DNA from: Bacteroidales bacterium
GTDB taxonomy: Bacteria > Bacteroidota > Bacteroidia > Bacteroidales > VadinHA17
Direction: 5' to 3'
Length of the DNA: 63,200 bases
Assembly: GCA_007132995.1 (NCBI GenBank)
Contig: SLNP01000009.1
Location: 1 to 63,200 of the forward strand
The notes below the pieces were generated by a model. It was not told the origin of the DNA, searched no databases, and saw only the letters and a program-made list of their open reading frames with translations. Positions 18,198 through 28,034 of the stretch are shown piece by piece. The position numbers and the translations under genes are program-made. Position 1 is the stretch's first letter. Each line of letters begins with the position of its first letter.

Positions 18198-20120
18198 CTA
18201 TCTTACTACAAACTCTTTGGGTTCCAGTATTCCACCTCTTGTGGTCAGGACAGAGGCCCTGCCTGTTACGGTGGCATCACCATAAACCCTTATGTTATAT
18301 GTTACAGAATTGGTAGCACCGCCGTCTGTATAGCCGACGCTTGCTGACAATCTTCTCTGCTGCACCGGTCTGGCCACGCCGCCAGTTCTTCTTCTTCCCG
18401 GAGCTATCTCGTCTGAGATAACACCAAAAATAGTAGATCCGTCGCGCGGAATATCGAACTCTACAACTATGAGATCCTCACGAACAATCTTAACCAGGTC
18501 TGCCTGCTTGAATGCGGTAGGCAGTTTTCCGGCGTTTTTAAAGGTGACGGTTATACGGTAGTCTGTCGAGTCACTCCCATACGAACGCACTCTGCTGATA
18601 TCGATATCTTCCCACTCGAGCCTCGGAAGGTGTTTCACCATCTCAAGGTTAAAGAGTGCCTGATTTGCGGCCCATGGCTCCATTATTCGGGCAGGGGGAT
18701 TCTGAGAGAAAAATTTAAAATCCCATCCGCCTATTTCGATATCACCAAGATCAGGATGTTTTGCCGGAGTCCAGTCAGAAAAACCCATCCCGTCATTGTA
18801 ACGGTCATCCCATTCAAAACGGTCAAGTATATCTATTACCCCGTCATTGTTGAGATCTTCGGTTATTCTTCCTCCGTCCCAGAGCTCATCTCCGTACCAT
18901 ATTGCTCCATAGTACCAGTAGCCAAAGTCGGGGCCATGGCCAAAGAGGGGTCGTCCCCTGCCGTAGTCCCAGTAAACATCACCTGCACGGCCATAGCCTG
19001 TAATGCTGTCACCAACCCGGTCAAAATAGCGGTACCATTCCAGGTCTTCCGGATACATTCTCTCTTCAGAAGCCGATGTAGAGGGAGGCCTGAGGTGCAT
19101 TGGCACCCGTGTATCCATCGAGTTCACCACATAGATATGGGGGTGGCTCAGCAGGAAGGTTACAACCGAACGGGTCTCTATCTCGCTGATGGGATAGTCT
19201 CCGGCTCCCCTTTGTGTCCATCCGCGACCGGTTGCCTCATGTTCCGGCATGGGTCGCCAGTTTTCAGGATAGTTACGGTGAAGATCCAGACCACCGATGC
19301 CATCTTCGTTAATACGCCCGTCGCCATCATTGTCTATTCCCTCCTGATGCATATTGTAGCGGCCCTGACCGGCAGGTACGCGAACCATATTACGCCCGGT
19401 AGGATCACGGGGATCTATTATCCAGCTACCGTTGATTGTATCTTTCCAGCGCATCCGGAGTATTTTCCCGTCACCATCTATATCATCGGGGGCATCCTCA
19501 TCCAGCAACCCGTCGCCATCACTGTCATAGGGCCTTACTGTACTTCTGTTGCTCTGCGCCGTATGCATGTAGAGATTGTGGCCATCGGGATTGTTGATCG
19601 GACGCAGATAGAATGTGTTGTGGTCAACCACCCTTGTTATTTCGGGATCTTTTCCGTAGTTCTCAAGCAGATGCTGCATAAGCCAGAGAACTGTTTCAGT
19701 ACTCGTCACCTCGCCACTGTGTCTGTTACCCTCGAAAAAGGCGGCCGGTTTATCGGTATGCCGGCCAATATTTTTGTTGGTAATGGTCATCTGTATTATG
19801 GGGCGTCCCTCATAGCTTTTCGCCACCTCGTAGAGATCGACCAGATCGGGATACTGCTCTGCATACCACTCCATCCAGTAGAGTGCAACACATGCGGTAT
19901 GGTAAATATCAAATGTAAGCCTTTCGCCCGGCTCATACTCAACATGTGGATGCCTCACCTTCGGGAAAAAGCTTACCCCGTGGCGGTATCCCTGTACGGT
20001 ATAGAACTGTGTTGTGCTGTCCTGTTCAGGGAACACAAACTCTGGTAGTGGCCTGTAGCCCTGAGCCATAACCGCCAGGGTGGTAAAAAAACAGGCTGCG
20101 ATAGTAACAACAAACTTCAT
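18198..20120 (-). CDS. Secreted M14-family zinc carboxypeptidase-like protein
   Basis: Signal peptide, KSYEGRPI, HSGE, PINNPDG, DLHRNY, SEIET; several DxDGDG motifs. Confidence 0.85.
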   Translation of the reverse strand: MKFVVTIAACFFTTLAVMAQGYRPLPEFVFPEQDSTTQFYTVQGYRHGVSFFPKVRHPHVEYEPGERLTFDIYHTACVALYWMEWYAEQYPDLVDLYEVAKSYEGRPIIQMTITNKNIGRHTDKPAAFFEGNRHSGEVTSTETVLWLMQHLLENYGKDPEITRVVDHNTFYLRPINNPDGHNLYMHTAQSNRSTVRPYDSDGDGLLDEDAPDDIDGDGKILRMRWKDTINGSWIIDPRDPTGRNMVRVPAGQGRYNMHQEGIDNDGDGRINEDGIGGLDLHRNYPENWRPMPEHEATGRGWTQRGAGDYPISEIETRSVVTFLLSHPHIYVVNSMDTRVPMHLRPPSTSASEERMYPEDLEWYRYFDRVGDSITGYGRAGDVYWDYGRGRPLFGHGPDFGYWYYGAIWYGDELWDGGRITEDLNNDGVIDILDRFEWDDRYNDGMGFSDWTPAKHPDLGDIEIGGWDFKFFSQNPPARIMEPWAANQALFNLEMVKHLPRLEWEDIDISRVRSYGSDSTDYRITVTFKNAGKLPTAFKQADLVKIVREDLIVVEFDIPRDGSTIFGVISDEIAPGRRRTGGVARPVQQRRLSASVGYTDGGATNSVTYNIRVYGDATVTGRASVLTTRGGILEPKEFVVR

Positions 20121-20230
20121 AATTCAGGTTTTTATTGAAAAAGATAAGATTAATTGCAGTTTGGTAAAGTAGTTGATTTATTCCAATTATGATACACCAG
20201 AAGGGATGTTCTGAAACAGAACGGCAGATG

Positions 20231-20926
20231 TTACCCTCTTTTTGCAAGCAGGTCGAGCTTCTCCATATCGATTACCTCTATCATCTTCCCCTCTGCATTT
20301 ATTATTCCCTCTCTCTTAAAGTCAGAGAAGGTGCGGATAACATTGGCCGTACTCATGCTTATAAAGTCGGCAATCTCCTTGCGTGAGACAGGCAGGTCAA
20401 AAACCTTTGAGGAGTACACCTCCCTTGCAAAAAAGAGTATCACAAATGCCACTCTGCCAACAAGGTTTTTGTTGCGTATTTCGAGCGACTGTGTTATTAT
20501 ACCCTCATTAACCCGGGTAACCCTTGCCAGAAGGCCCATTGCCAGATTTGCATTACCGGAGAAAAGCTCTCTCATATAATCGAGCGACACATGGCATATT
20601 GTAGAATCTTCAAGTACCGATATGGAGTAGGTGTAACTGTTCCTGGTAAAGAATGAGACATTACTGATAAACTCAAAAGGGCGCGTAATGGTCACTATCT
20701 GTTCGGTGCCATCAGAAAGGGTACGAAACACTTTAACCAGCCCCTTTTTAAGATACTTGAAGTCTGTTATCTCTTCGCCCTCCCGGTGAATGATTTCGCC
20801 TTTCCTGTAATGGCTTTCACTCTTATTGGCGCAGAGCTCGTGAACCTCTTCGTCTGTAAGGTGAGGGAAGATCACCTCCCTGAACTCACAATTTTCGCAA
20901 ATACATATACCTAACCCACCAGCCAC
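20231..20926 (-). CDS. Crp/Fnr family transcriptional regulator
   Basis: N-terminal CICENC, cNMP-like domain, HTH region SRKEIADFISMSTANVIR; start codon (GTG) uncertain. Confidence 0.9.
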   Translation of the reverse strand: MAGGLGICICENCEFREVIFPHLTDEEVHELCANKSESHYRKGEIIHREGEEITDFKYLKKGLVKVFRTLSDGTEQIVTITRPFEFISNVSFFTRNSYTYSISVLEDSTICHVSLDYMRELFSGNANLAMGLLARVTRVNEGIITQSLEIRNKNLVGRVAFVILFFAREVYSSKVFDLPVSRKEIADFISMSTANVIRTFSDFKREGIINAEGKMIEVIDMEKLDLLAKRG

Positions 20927-20930
20927 TTTG

Positions 20931-20975
20931 AATGATTTTTGTCACAAAAATAACATAATAGTGACATATATCGCA
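20931..20975. promoter_or_regulatory. Two Crp/Fnr-like boxes
   Basis: AATGA-N6-TCACA (20931-20946) and AGTGA-N6-TCGCA (20960-20975), close to TGTGA-N6-TCACA, directly upstream of the Crp/Fnr gene. Confidence 0.5.
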
Positions 20976-21263
20976 ATATGGAATGAATTAGTTTCCCATT
21001 CCGGCATCAGGATTATTGGCTTAGTATGCCGGAGAGCCGGCAAAAGCACCTCCATTTGTTATTTCCAAATTTTTCAGCCTACTTTGAGCTATATTAGCTG
21101 ATAAAAAGGTCTCTGCCCCGAATATCAATGACGAGATAATGAAGACTCTGCAGAGATAGAGGTTGAAGTTTCATCAGGCGATGTACCGGGTATCAACAAC
21201 AAAGAACTATAGACCGGTTTTACAGGGGTTAGTAAAAGTACAATGGGAGCACACCGAATCCTG

Positions 21264-21462
21264 AACCGAGACTGGCGGAGCCAGACGAGCTCGCGACCGC
21301 AGGGAGCTACCGAACACTTCTCTCCGCTTTCCGCTCTACGCTCTACGCTGCGAACTGCGCCAGCAGCGAGCCCATGCCCCATGCCCCATGCCTGCGAGCG
21401 ACAGCGAGCAGAGGCGGCACCAGCCGCCTTTTTTTACCGAATACTGAACACTGAACACCGAA
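21264..21462. repeat. Modular intergenic repeat cluster (REP/BIME-like)
   Basis: Modules shared in reverse complement with 60795-61275 and 62677-62891, and in the same orientation with 45700-45782; tandem 7-mers ACGCTCT, ATGCCCC, ACTGAAC. Confidence 0.8.
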
Positions 21463-21468
21463 AATCCT

Positions 21469-22281
21469 ATGTCAAAAGCAGATTATCACATTCATACCCT
21501 ATTCAGCGACGGCAAGTCTGAGCCCGAAGAGTATATCAGGGCTGCCATAGAGAACAACCTTACGGAGATGGGGTTCAGCGATCATCTTACACCGTCCGGA
21601 GAGCAGCAGTCGTGGAGCATTATTCCTGACCGGCTACCCCTCTATTTTGATACAATTGAGCGACTTGCCCGGAAGTACAGAGATCAGATAACCCTGCTTG
21701 CCGGTATTGAGGTTGACTATCTGCCCGGCCATATTGATGAAACCATCAGCTATCTGGAAAAATATCCGTTCGACTATGTTATAGGCTCGGTACATTTTAT
21801 GGGCAGCGACCCTGTCGATCTCGGCCGCAGCTTCTATGAGGGAAAAGATATTGCCAAACTCTTCACCGACTACTTCCGTCTTGTTGAGGAGGCAGCATCT
21901 ACCGGCCTCTTCGACATAATGGCTCACCCCGATCTGGTAAGGGTTTTCGGGCACAAATATCCGGGCGATGCCACCCCCCTCTACAGGAAGCTCGCGGCTA
22001 CATTAAAGAGGTACGATGTAGCCTTTGAGATCAACACCAACGGCATGAACAAGCCTCTGGCCGGATTCTACCCCGACCCGGGCTACCTGCCTCTCTTCGC
22101 CGAAGAGGGAGTATCCCTCTGCATAAATTCCGATGCACATACCCCTGAAAGGGTGGCACAACACTTTGATGAGGCCTACAAATTGGCGGCAGAAGCCGGC
22201 TTCCGTGAGGTGGCGCATTTCAGGGAAAGAGAGAGAAGGCCCCGCCCGATAGAAGAGCAGGCAACCGCTACTAAGCGATAA
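21469..22281 (+). CDS. PHP-family histidinol-phosphatase (HisJ/HisK type)
   Basis: DYHIHT, GFSDH, GIEVD, IGSVH, AHPD, EINT, SDAH. Confidence 0.9.
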   Translation: MSKADYHIHTLFSDGKSEPEEYIRAAIENNLTEMGFSDHLTPSGEQQSWSIIPDRLPLYFDTIERLARKYRDQITLLAGIEVDYLPGHIDETISYLEKYPFDYVIGSVHFMGSDPVDLGRSFYEGKDIAKLFTDYFRLVEEAASTGLFDIMAHPDLVRVFGHKYPGDATPLYRKLAATLKRYDVAFEINTNGMNKPLAGFYPDPGYLPLFAEEGVSLCINSDAHTPERVAQHFDEAYKLAAEAGFREVAHFRERERRPRPIEEQATATKR

Positions 22282-22834
22282 AGTGTGCTGCCACTATCTG
22301 AATGCCTATCGCTATAAGCAGTATTCCACCGGCCAGTTCCGCCCGGGGGCCTGCCTTCAACCCGGCAAACTTGCCAATCCTTATTGCCACCATGGCAGCC
22401 ATAAAGGTAACAAAGGCGATGGCCATCCCGACCAGCCAGATATTAATCTGAAGAATGAAGGCGAAGCTGAGCCCTACCGCAAGGGCGTCCATGCTGGTGC
22501 TCACCGCAGCAGTAAGCAGACCTGCCGGGGTGGCAAGGTCACTTTTACGAGTCTTGCCGGGTGGTTTGGTAGCGTTATGAATCATCCGCACACCAAGCAC
22601 CGTAAGAAGCCCCATAGCGATCCAGTGGTCAAAAGAGCTAAGCCAGAGGCTCACGGTAGCTCCCATATAATATCCTGCAACGGCAAATCCGCTCTGAAAC
22701 AGAGCCAATATTACAGCAACCACCAGTGCAGATCTGAACTTAACACGATATTCAACCGCACCATAAGAGAGTGATACCGCAAAGGTGTCGAATGAGAGTG
22801 CTATCGCGATTCCAAACAGGGTCAAAAGTTCCAT
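22271..22834 (-). CDS. mntP: Manganese efflux pump MntP family
   Basis: ALSFDTFAV, DHWIA, STSMDALAVG, ELAGGILLI; start moved to ATG 22834. Confidence 0.9.
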   Translation of the reverse strand: MELLTLFGIAIALSFDTFAVSLSYGAVEYRVKFRSALVVAVILALFQSGFAVAGYYMGATVSLWLSSFDHWIAMGLLTVLGVRMIHNATKPPGKTRKSDLATPAGLLTAAVSTSMDALAVGLSFAFILQINIWLVGMAIAFVTFMAAMVAIRIGKFAGLKAGPRAELAGGILLIAIGIQIVAAHFIA

Positions 22835-23075
22835 GGCCTGAAAATATCTGACAAGAAATGTGGCAAAATTATCCTTTTTATAACTCACCCCAAACCTCGC
22901 CTGCCAAATAGCTCCGGATCGGCATCAATTACCGCCATTTCACAGGGAAGCCCGGCAGGCTAAAGGGTATGATCCGGATGTATCAAAGGTAGCGGCATCC
23001 GAAAAACGGAGCCGGGGCGGTCTGGTTTACCGCAGAACTATTTACTATTTTAGCAACATTTCAACCGCAGGTAAT

Positions 23076-23528
23076 ATGAGAGTAGTTATTCAGAGAGTAT
23101 CAAAGTCAGGAGTGTCTGTAGGGGGTGAGTTGCTTGCATCGACAGGCAGGGGCCTTCTTGTTCTGGCAGGTTTTACTGCAGATGACACCACAGAAGATCT
23201 TGACTGGGTGGCAGGGAAGATCATAAGGCTGCGCCTTTTCGACGATGATAACGGAGTAATGAATCTTCCGGTTACAGAGGTAGAGGGCTCAATACTTGTT
23301 GTGAGCCAGTTCACCCTGCATGCCCGTACCAAAAAGGGTAACCGCCCCTCATATATTGAGGCGGCACCTGCTGAAGTATCGGAATCTCTCTACAACCAAT
23401 TTGTTGAAATAACAGAGAGACTGCTGCCCGGCAGGGTCGGAACCGGTCAGTTTGGGGCCAAAATGGATGTATCACTTGTCAACGATGGTCCTGTCACCAT
23501 AATAATAGACAGCAAAAGAAGGGAATGA
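23076..23528 (+). CDS. dtd: D-aminoacyl-tRNA deacylase
   Basis: MRVVIQRV, SQFTL, GNRPS, NDGPVT. Confidence 0.97.
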   Translation: MRVVIQRVSKSGVSVGGELLASTGRGLLVLAGFTADDTTEDLDWVAGKIIRLRLFDDDNGVMNLPVTEVEGSILVVSQFTLHARTKKGNRPSYIEAAPAEVSESLYNQFVEITERLLPGRVGTGQFGAKMDVSLVNDGPVTIIIDSKRRE

Positions 23529-24916
23529 ACAACAGATCTTTGAAGAGGCCTGTCCTCATAATAGCGGCCCTCTCTTCCTTTATGGCGCCATTTATGGGGT
23601 CGGCGGTCAACCTTGCGCTGCCTGAGATTGGAGAGGAGTTCGGTGCAGATGCCATCGGCCTCAACTGGATAGTGAGCAGCTATATTCTCGCATCGGCAAT
23701 ACTGCTTCTCCCCGCGGGCCGGATGGCTGACAGGGTAGGCAGGAAGGCTGTCTTTACCGCGGGCATATTGATATTTACCCTTTCGACCGTTGCCATACTG
23801 TTCTCAAACTCTCTCTCCTACCTTCTATTTATGAGGGTAGTACAGGGTGCAGGTAGTGCACTGCTATTCAGTACTTCGCTTGCCATAGTAACGGCTGTAT
23901 TCCCCCCGGGAGAGAGAGGGGCGGCTATGGGAATTAATGTCACAGCGGTCTACGCGGGTCTCTCAGCAGGACCCTTCATAGGAGGGTACCTGACAGCCGC
24001 CTTTGGCTGGCGAAGCCTCTTTCTGTTTCTTATACCCTTTGGCGTGTTATGCATGCTGTTAATTGCCGGCTATCTGAAGAGAGAGGAGTGGTCTGGCGGA
24101 GAAAAGGGCAGGTTTGACTGGCCGGGTTCGATGCTTTACGGGGTATCGCTCTTCCTTCTTATGTATGGTTTTTCACGGCTTCAGGAAACCACGGGTCTTA
24201 TAATGACAGGCTCGGGAGTGGTAATCTTCCTGCTTTTCCTCCTTTATGAAAAGGGTATAAGCAATCCTGTGCTCAACATCTCAGTGATAACCGGCAACCG
24301 GGTGTTTGCCTACTCCTGTCTCGCCGCATTCATTCACTACTCTGCAACCAGTGCAACCGGTTTTTTTATAAGCCTCTATCTTCGTTACATAAAAGAGACC
24401 GGCCCTGAAAAGGCTGGCCTCATCCTTATGGCCATGCCGGTGGCAATGATGATATTATCGCCCTTCTCAGGTCGACTTTCCGACAGACACGACCCCGGCA
24501 TTATCGCATCATGGGGAATGGCCATCACCGCAGCCGGTATAATCGCCATGCTATTCCTTACCGAAGACACAACTGTTTCGGTTGTTACAGCCATACTGCT
24601 TGTTATGGGTACTGGTTTCGCCTTTTTCTCTTCGCCCAACACAAACGCCATAATGAGCTCTGCAGAGAGTCGCCATCTGGGGCTTGCATCGGCTGTAACG
24701 GGAACAGCACGCATGACAGGCCAGATGGTTAGTATGGGCATATCGATGCTGCTTTTCGCCCTTATTATAGGCAGAGAGGCTATAACCCCCGATAATCATG
24801 CTGATCTGATGGGTGCAATGAGAGTAGGCTTTTCAATCTTTGCCCTCTTATGTATAGGAGGCCTCTTCGCCTCACGGGCACGCAACAGGGGGCACCGGCA
24901 CCGGAAAGCCCGGTAG
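23525..24916 (+). CDS. MFS transporter (DHA2/EmrB-QacA-like)
   Basis: Many TM segments, GRMADRVGRK motif A, FPPGERGAAMG. Confidence 0.9.
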   Translation: MNNRSLKRPVLIIAALSSFMAPFMGSAVNLALPEIGEEFGADAIGLNWIVSSYILASAILLLPAGRMADRVGRKAVFTAGILIFTLSTVAILFSNSLSYLLFMRVVQGAGSALLFSTSLAIVTAVFPPGERGAAMGINVTAVYAGLSAGPFIGGYLTAAFGWRSLFLFLIPFGVLCMLLIAGYLKREEWSGGEKGRFDWPGSMLYGVSLFLLMYGFSRLQETTGLIMTGSGVVIFLLFLLYEKGISNPVLNISVITGNRVFAYSCLAAFIHYSATSATGFFISLYLRYIKETGPEKAGLILMAMPVAMMILSPFSGRLSDRHDPGIIASWGMAITAAGIIAMLFLTEDTTVSVVTAILLVMGTGFAFFSSPNTNAIMSSAESRHLGLASAVTGTARMTGQMVSMGISMLLFALIIGREAITPDNHADLMGAMRVGFSIFALLCIGGLFASRARNRGHRHRKAR

Positions 24917-25097
24917 CATAAAAGTCCGGGCAAGCCGAAAAGACATAATATTCCTTAAAAAAGGGGCATACCCACACCTCCGTCACAAAAGACAACCCTC
25001 TGTTTAAAAAGGTGACCAACTATTGCAAAACCAAAATAGCTGTATATTGGAGATCTGAAACAGGCCTCTTCATATATAATTAAAGTACTGACAGACA

Positions 25098-25973
25098 ATG
25101 AGCAAGCTATACGAAAAAATGATAAAGAGTCGCCCCTCTTTTTCCCCGATGCAGAGAGAGCTTCGCTCTTTAACAGCTGAAGTGACCAGGCAGCACCCCG
25201 GCGGTGACAACTTAAAGCAGTTATTCCGCTCTCTCGACATAACATCGCTGAGTTCGCTCGACACAGAATCATCGATATACTCTCTCTGCACAAAGGTCAG
25301 GGTGGTGCCCAAAAGATTCCCCGGAACCCCTGCCGCCGCAGCGGTATGTGTCTATCCTGCATTCACCCGGCAGGTAAGCTCACTGCTGAGCGAAAGCGGG
25401 GTCAGAACAGCCGTAGTGGCAGGTTCATTCCCCTCTGCCCAGACATTCAGGGAGATACTGACTGCTGAAGTCTCTATGGCAGCAGGCCACGGAGCCGATG
25501 AGATAGATGTTGTGATGCCTCCCGGCCTAATAAAGGAGAGGTACTACGATGAGGCCGCAAACATAGTTAAGGATATCAGGAAAGCGGCCGGCAACAGGGT
25601 GTTGAAAGTTATTATAGAGTCGGGGGTTCTGGCAGATCCTGCCGCTGTTTACAGTGCTGCCGTAATAGCCATGGAGGCGGGTGCCGATTTTGTAAAGAGT
25701 TCAACAGGTAAGGAGCCTGTGTCCGCTACCCCGGAGGCGGCATGGGTTATCTGTTCCGCCATAAAGAGATATCACGAAGAGACCGGCATAAAGGTGGGCT
25801 TCAAGGCTGCCGGAGGGATAAGCGATCCGGGAACAGCACTGCTTTACAGAAGCATAACAGCATCTATTCTGGGAGACCATTGGCTAGGCCCCGACCTGTT
25901 CAGGATAGGTGCAAGCAGGCTGGCAAATGCCATTCTCTCATCTGATAGCGAAGAGAGTCTCAATTACTTTTGA
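25098..25973 (+). CDS. deoC: Deoxyribose-phosphate aldolase
   Basis: AAVCVYP, GADEIDVV, LKVIIE, FVKSSTGK, GFKAAGG, RIGAS. Confidence 0.95.
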   Translation: MSKLYEKMIKSRPSFSPMQRELRSLTAEVTRQHPGGDNLKQLFRSLDITSLSSLDTESSIYSLCTKVRVVPKRFPGTPAAAAVCVYPAFTRQVSSLLSESGVRTAVVAGSFPSAQTFREILTAEVSMAAGHGADEIDVVMPPGLIKERYYDEAANIVKDIRKAAGNRVLKVIIESGVLADPAAVYSAAVIAMEAGADFVKSSTGKEPVSATPEAAWVICSAIKRYHEETGIKVGFKAAGGISDPGTALLYRSITASILGDHWLGPDLFRIGASRLANAILSSDSEESLNYF

Positions 25974-26003
25974 TATTTTTGCCCCTCAGCATAGCCACAC
26001 AGT

Positions 26004-26678
26004 ATGTTCGAGGGTATCCCTATTTATGACGATCCGCTAAGGGGTGACTGGATTCTTTATGTCCATGTCATTTCACTCATACTATTCCTTCCCCTTATTA
26101 CAGGAGGAACCGGAGTCTCCCGGTTAATAAAAGGTCTTGCGATTCGAAAACCCTACAGCGGTAGCACAGCATCTCCAACTCCTGTAAGAATATGGCTTAT
26201 TCCTCCTCTTACAGGCTCGGTGTTGCAGATTGGACTTCTTCTGATGCATATTGAAATGCTTGCAGAAGATAGTAATACGCCGGACGGAGCACTCTTTTCG
26301 TTATGGTACAGCATAGCGGGCACCCTTGCACTTCTGGTAACAGGCCGCCTGATACTGTGCGAGATTTTGGGCAGGGCAACCGCATCGGGTAAGCTATTCC
26401 GCGACTACCTGCTAAACATAGTCGTACTGTATCAGATAGCAGGAGTTGCCATTATACCGCTGAACATAGCGGTAACATATATGCAGGGGGTTGACAAGAC
26501 CGTATTTATTGTGCTCGGGGGGGCAATCGCTATACTGCTCTACATCTTCAGATTAATTAAGCTGGCTGCAACTTTTAACCATAGAAATATTTCGATTATC
26601 TACTACATTTTGTACATTTGTGCGCTGGAATTGTTGCCCATAACGCTTCTTCTGCGCATCGAATGGCCGTTCCGGTAA
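26004..26678 (+). CDS. DUF4271-like membrane protein
   Basis: Multi-TM protein ending YYILYICALELLP, upstream of hemD as usual in Bacteroidota. Confidence 0.75.
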   Translation: MFEGIPIYDDPLRGDWILYVHVISLILFLPLITGGTGVSRLIKGLAIRKPYSGSTASPTPVRIWLIPPLTGSVLQIGLLLMHIEMLAEDSNTPDGALFSLWYSIAGTLALLVTGRLILCEILGRATASGKLFRDYLLNIVVLYQIAGVAIIPLNIAVTYMQGVDKTVFIVLGGAIAILLYIFRLIKLAATFNHRNISIIYYILYICALELLPITLLLRIEWPFR

Positions 26679-26724
26679 AGGCCCGTTGGCAGGGTATCTG
26701 GAAGTCAAACCAAAAAATGAAGCT

Positions 26725-27477
26725 TTGAAAATCAAAAAGGTACTTATATCGCAACCCGAGCCCAGCAATCCAAAGTCACCTTATTATGAGCTGGCAAAGA
26801 AATATAACCTCAAGATAGACTTTAAGCCTTTTATTAAGGTGGAGGGTGTATCGTCGAAAGATTTCCGCCAGCAGAAGATAGACCTCACCAGTTTCAGTGC
26901 TGTTATCTTCACCTGTAAAGCTGCCGTTGATCACTACTTCAGAATCTGTGATGAGCTCCGAATTACTGTACCGGACTCAATGAAGTACTTCTGTATTACT
27001 GAAAATGTAGGCTTCTACCTTCAGAAGTATATTGTCTACAGAAAGCGGAAAGTTTTTCATGGAAAATCTATCTTCCAGGATCTTATACAGACTGTGCTGA
27101 AACATCGAGATGAGAAGTTCTTTGTACCACTCTCTGATCCGCATAATGCGGAGATACCGGAGCTGCTTAAAAAGAACAGGCTCAAATTCAAGGTCGGTAT
27201 CATGTACCGCACCATCAGTAACGACTTCTCCAATCATAACAGTTTCGATTATGATTTGCTGGTATTCTACAGCCCATCGGGCATTAAATCTCTTAGAGCG
27301 AATTTTCCCGATTTTGTTCAGGGCGATGTTAAGATAGGGGCCTTTGGTCCTACAACCACCCAGGCTGTTATTGACGAAGGGCTTCGCCTGGATATTGAGG
27401 CGCCCGGCCCTGAGGCACCGTCCATGACCATGGCTCTGGACAACTACCTGAAAGAGTATTCCAAAAACTCAAAATAG
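26725..27477 (+). CDS. hemD: Uroporphyrinogen-III synthase (Bacteroidota type)
   Basis: KIKKVLISQP, YLQKYIVYRKRK, FYSPSGI, APSMTMAL; likely TTG start at 26725. Confidence 0.88.
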   Translation: MKIKKVLISQPEPSNPKSPYYELAKKYNLKIDFKPFIKVEGVSSKDFRQQKIDLTSFSAVIFTCKAAVDHYFRICDELRITVPDSMKYFCITENVGFYLQKYIVYRKRKVFHGKSIFQDLIQTVLKHRDEKFFVPLSDPHNAEIPELLKKNRLKFKVGIMYRTISNDFSNHNSFDYDLLVFYSPSGIKSLRANFPDFVQGDVKIGAFGPTTTQAVIDEGLRLDIEAPGPEAPSMTMALDNYLKEYSKNSK

Positions 27478-27545
27478 TCTGCCTGCCGGACAGACTCACC
27501 ATAATGGTTGTGACATTTTTATGCAGCCATTGAATTTTTCGCCTT

Positions 27546-27959
27546 ATGCCAGCAGAGAGGCACTCCTTTAAAAAGGAAGAGAGATTGCGAAGCCGCAAAG
27601 ACATTGAAACCCTCTTCTCGCGAGGCGAGGTCGCTTACTCCTATCCCCTCCGGTTAATATACCTTGTAAAAGAGCCGGGCGACAATCCGCCTGCAAAAAT
27701 GGGAGTTGCAGTCAGCAGAAGAAACTTCAAAAAGGCCACCGACAGGAACCTCATCAAGCGGCGTATAAGGGAGGCATACAGGCAGAACAAAGAGATTCTC
27801 GTTCAGCCGCTGCGCGAAAGGGGTGTCTCAGCCATACTGATGATTCAGTACACCGCTAAAAAGATATTGCCATATTGCGATATCGAGGTGGCCGTCAAAG
27901 AGCTTCTGCAAAAAACAGGCAGGGCTCCTGAGAGTCGCCCGGAATTAAAGATTACATAA
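27546..27959 (+). CDS. rnpA: Ribonuclease P protein component
   Basis: FKKEERL, VSRRNFKKATDRNLIKRRIREAYR. Confidence 0.95.
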   Translation: MPAERHSFKKEERLRSRKDIETLFSRGEVAYSYPLRLIYLVKEPGDNPPAKMGVAVSRRNFKKATDRNLIKRRIREAYRQNKEILVQPLRERGVSAILMIQYTAKKILPYCDIEVAVKELLQKTGRAPESRPELKIT

Positions 27960-28034
27960 AACCGGGCACTGACAATCAGTTCATGCCACTAAATTGCTAT
28001 TTTCGCAACAGCCGGTAATTAAGATCTCAATATT

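Noticed and set aside
18630-20048. 472-aa plus-strand ORF
   Set aside because: Antisense shadow of the M14 peptidase with no recognisable motifs.
21125-21521. Short ORFs in the Crp-PHP intergenic region
   Set aside because: They are translations of repeat modules; a short acidic open stretch near 21130-21212 has no start codon or recognisable homology.
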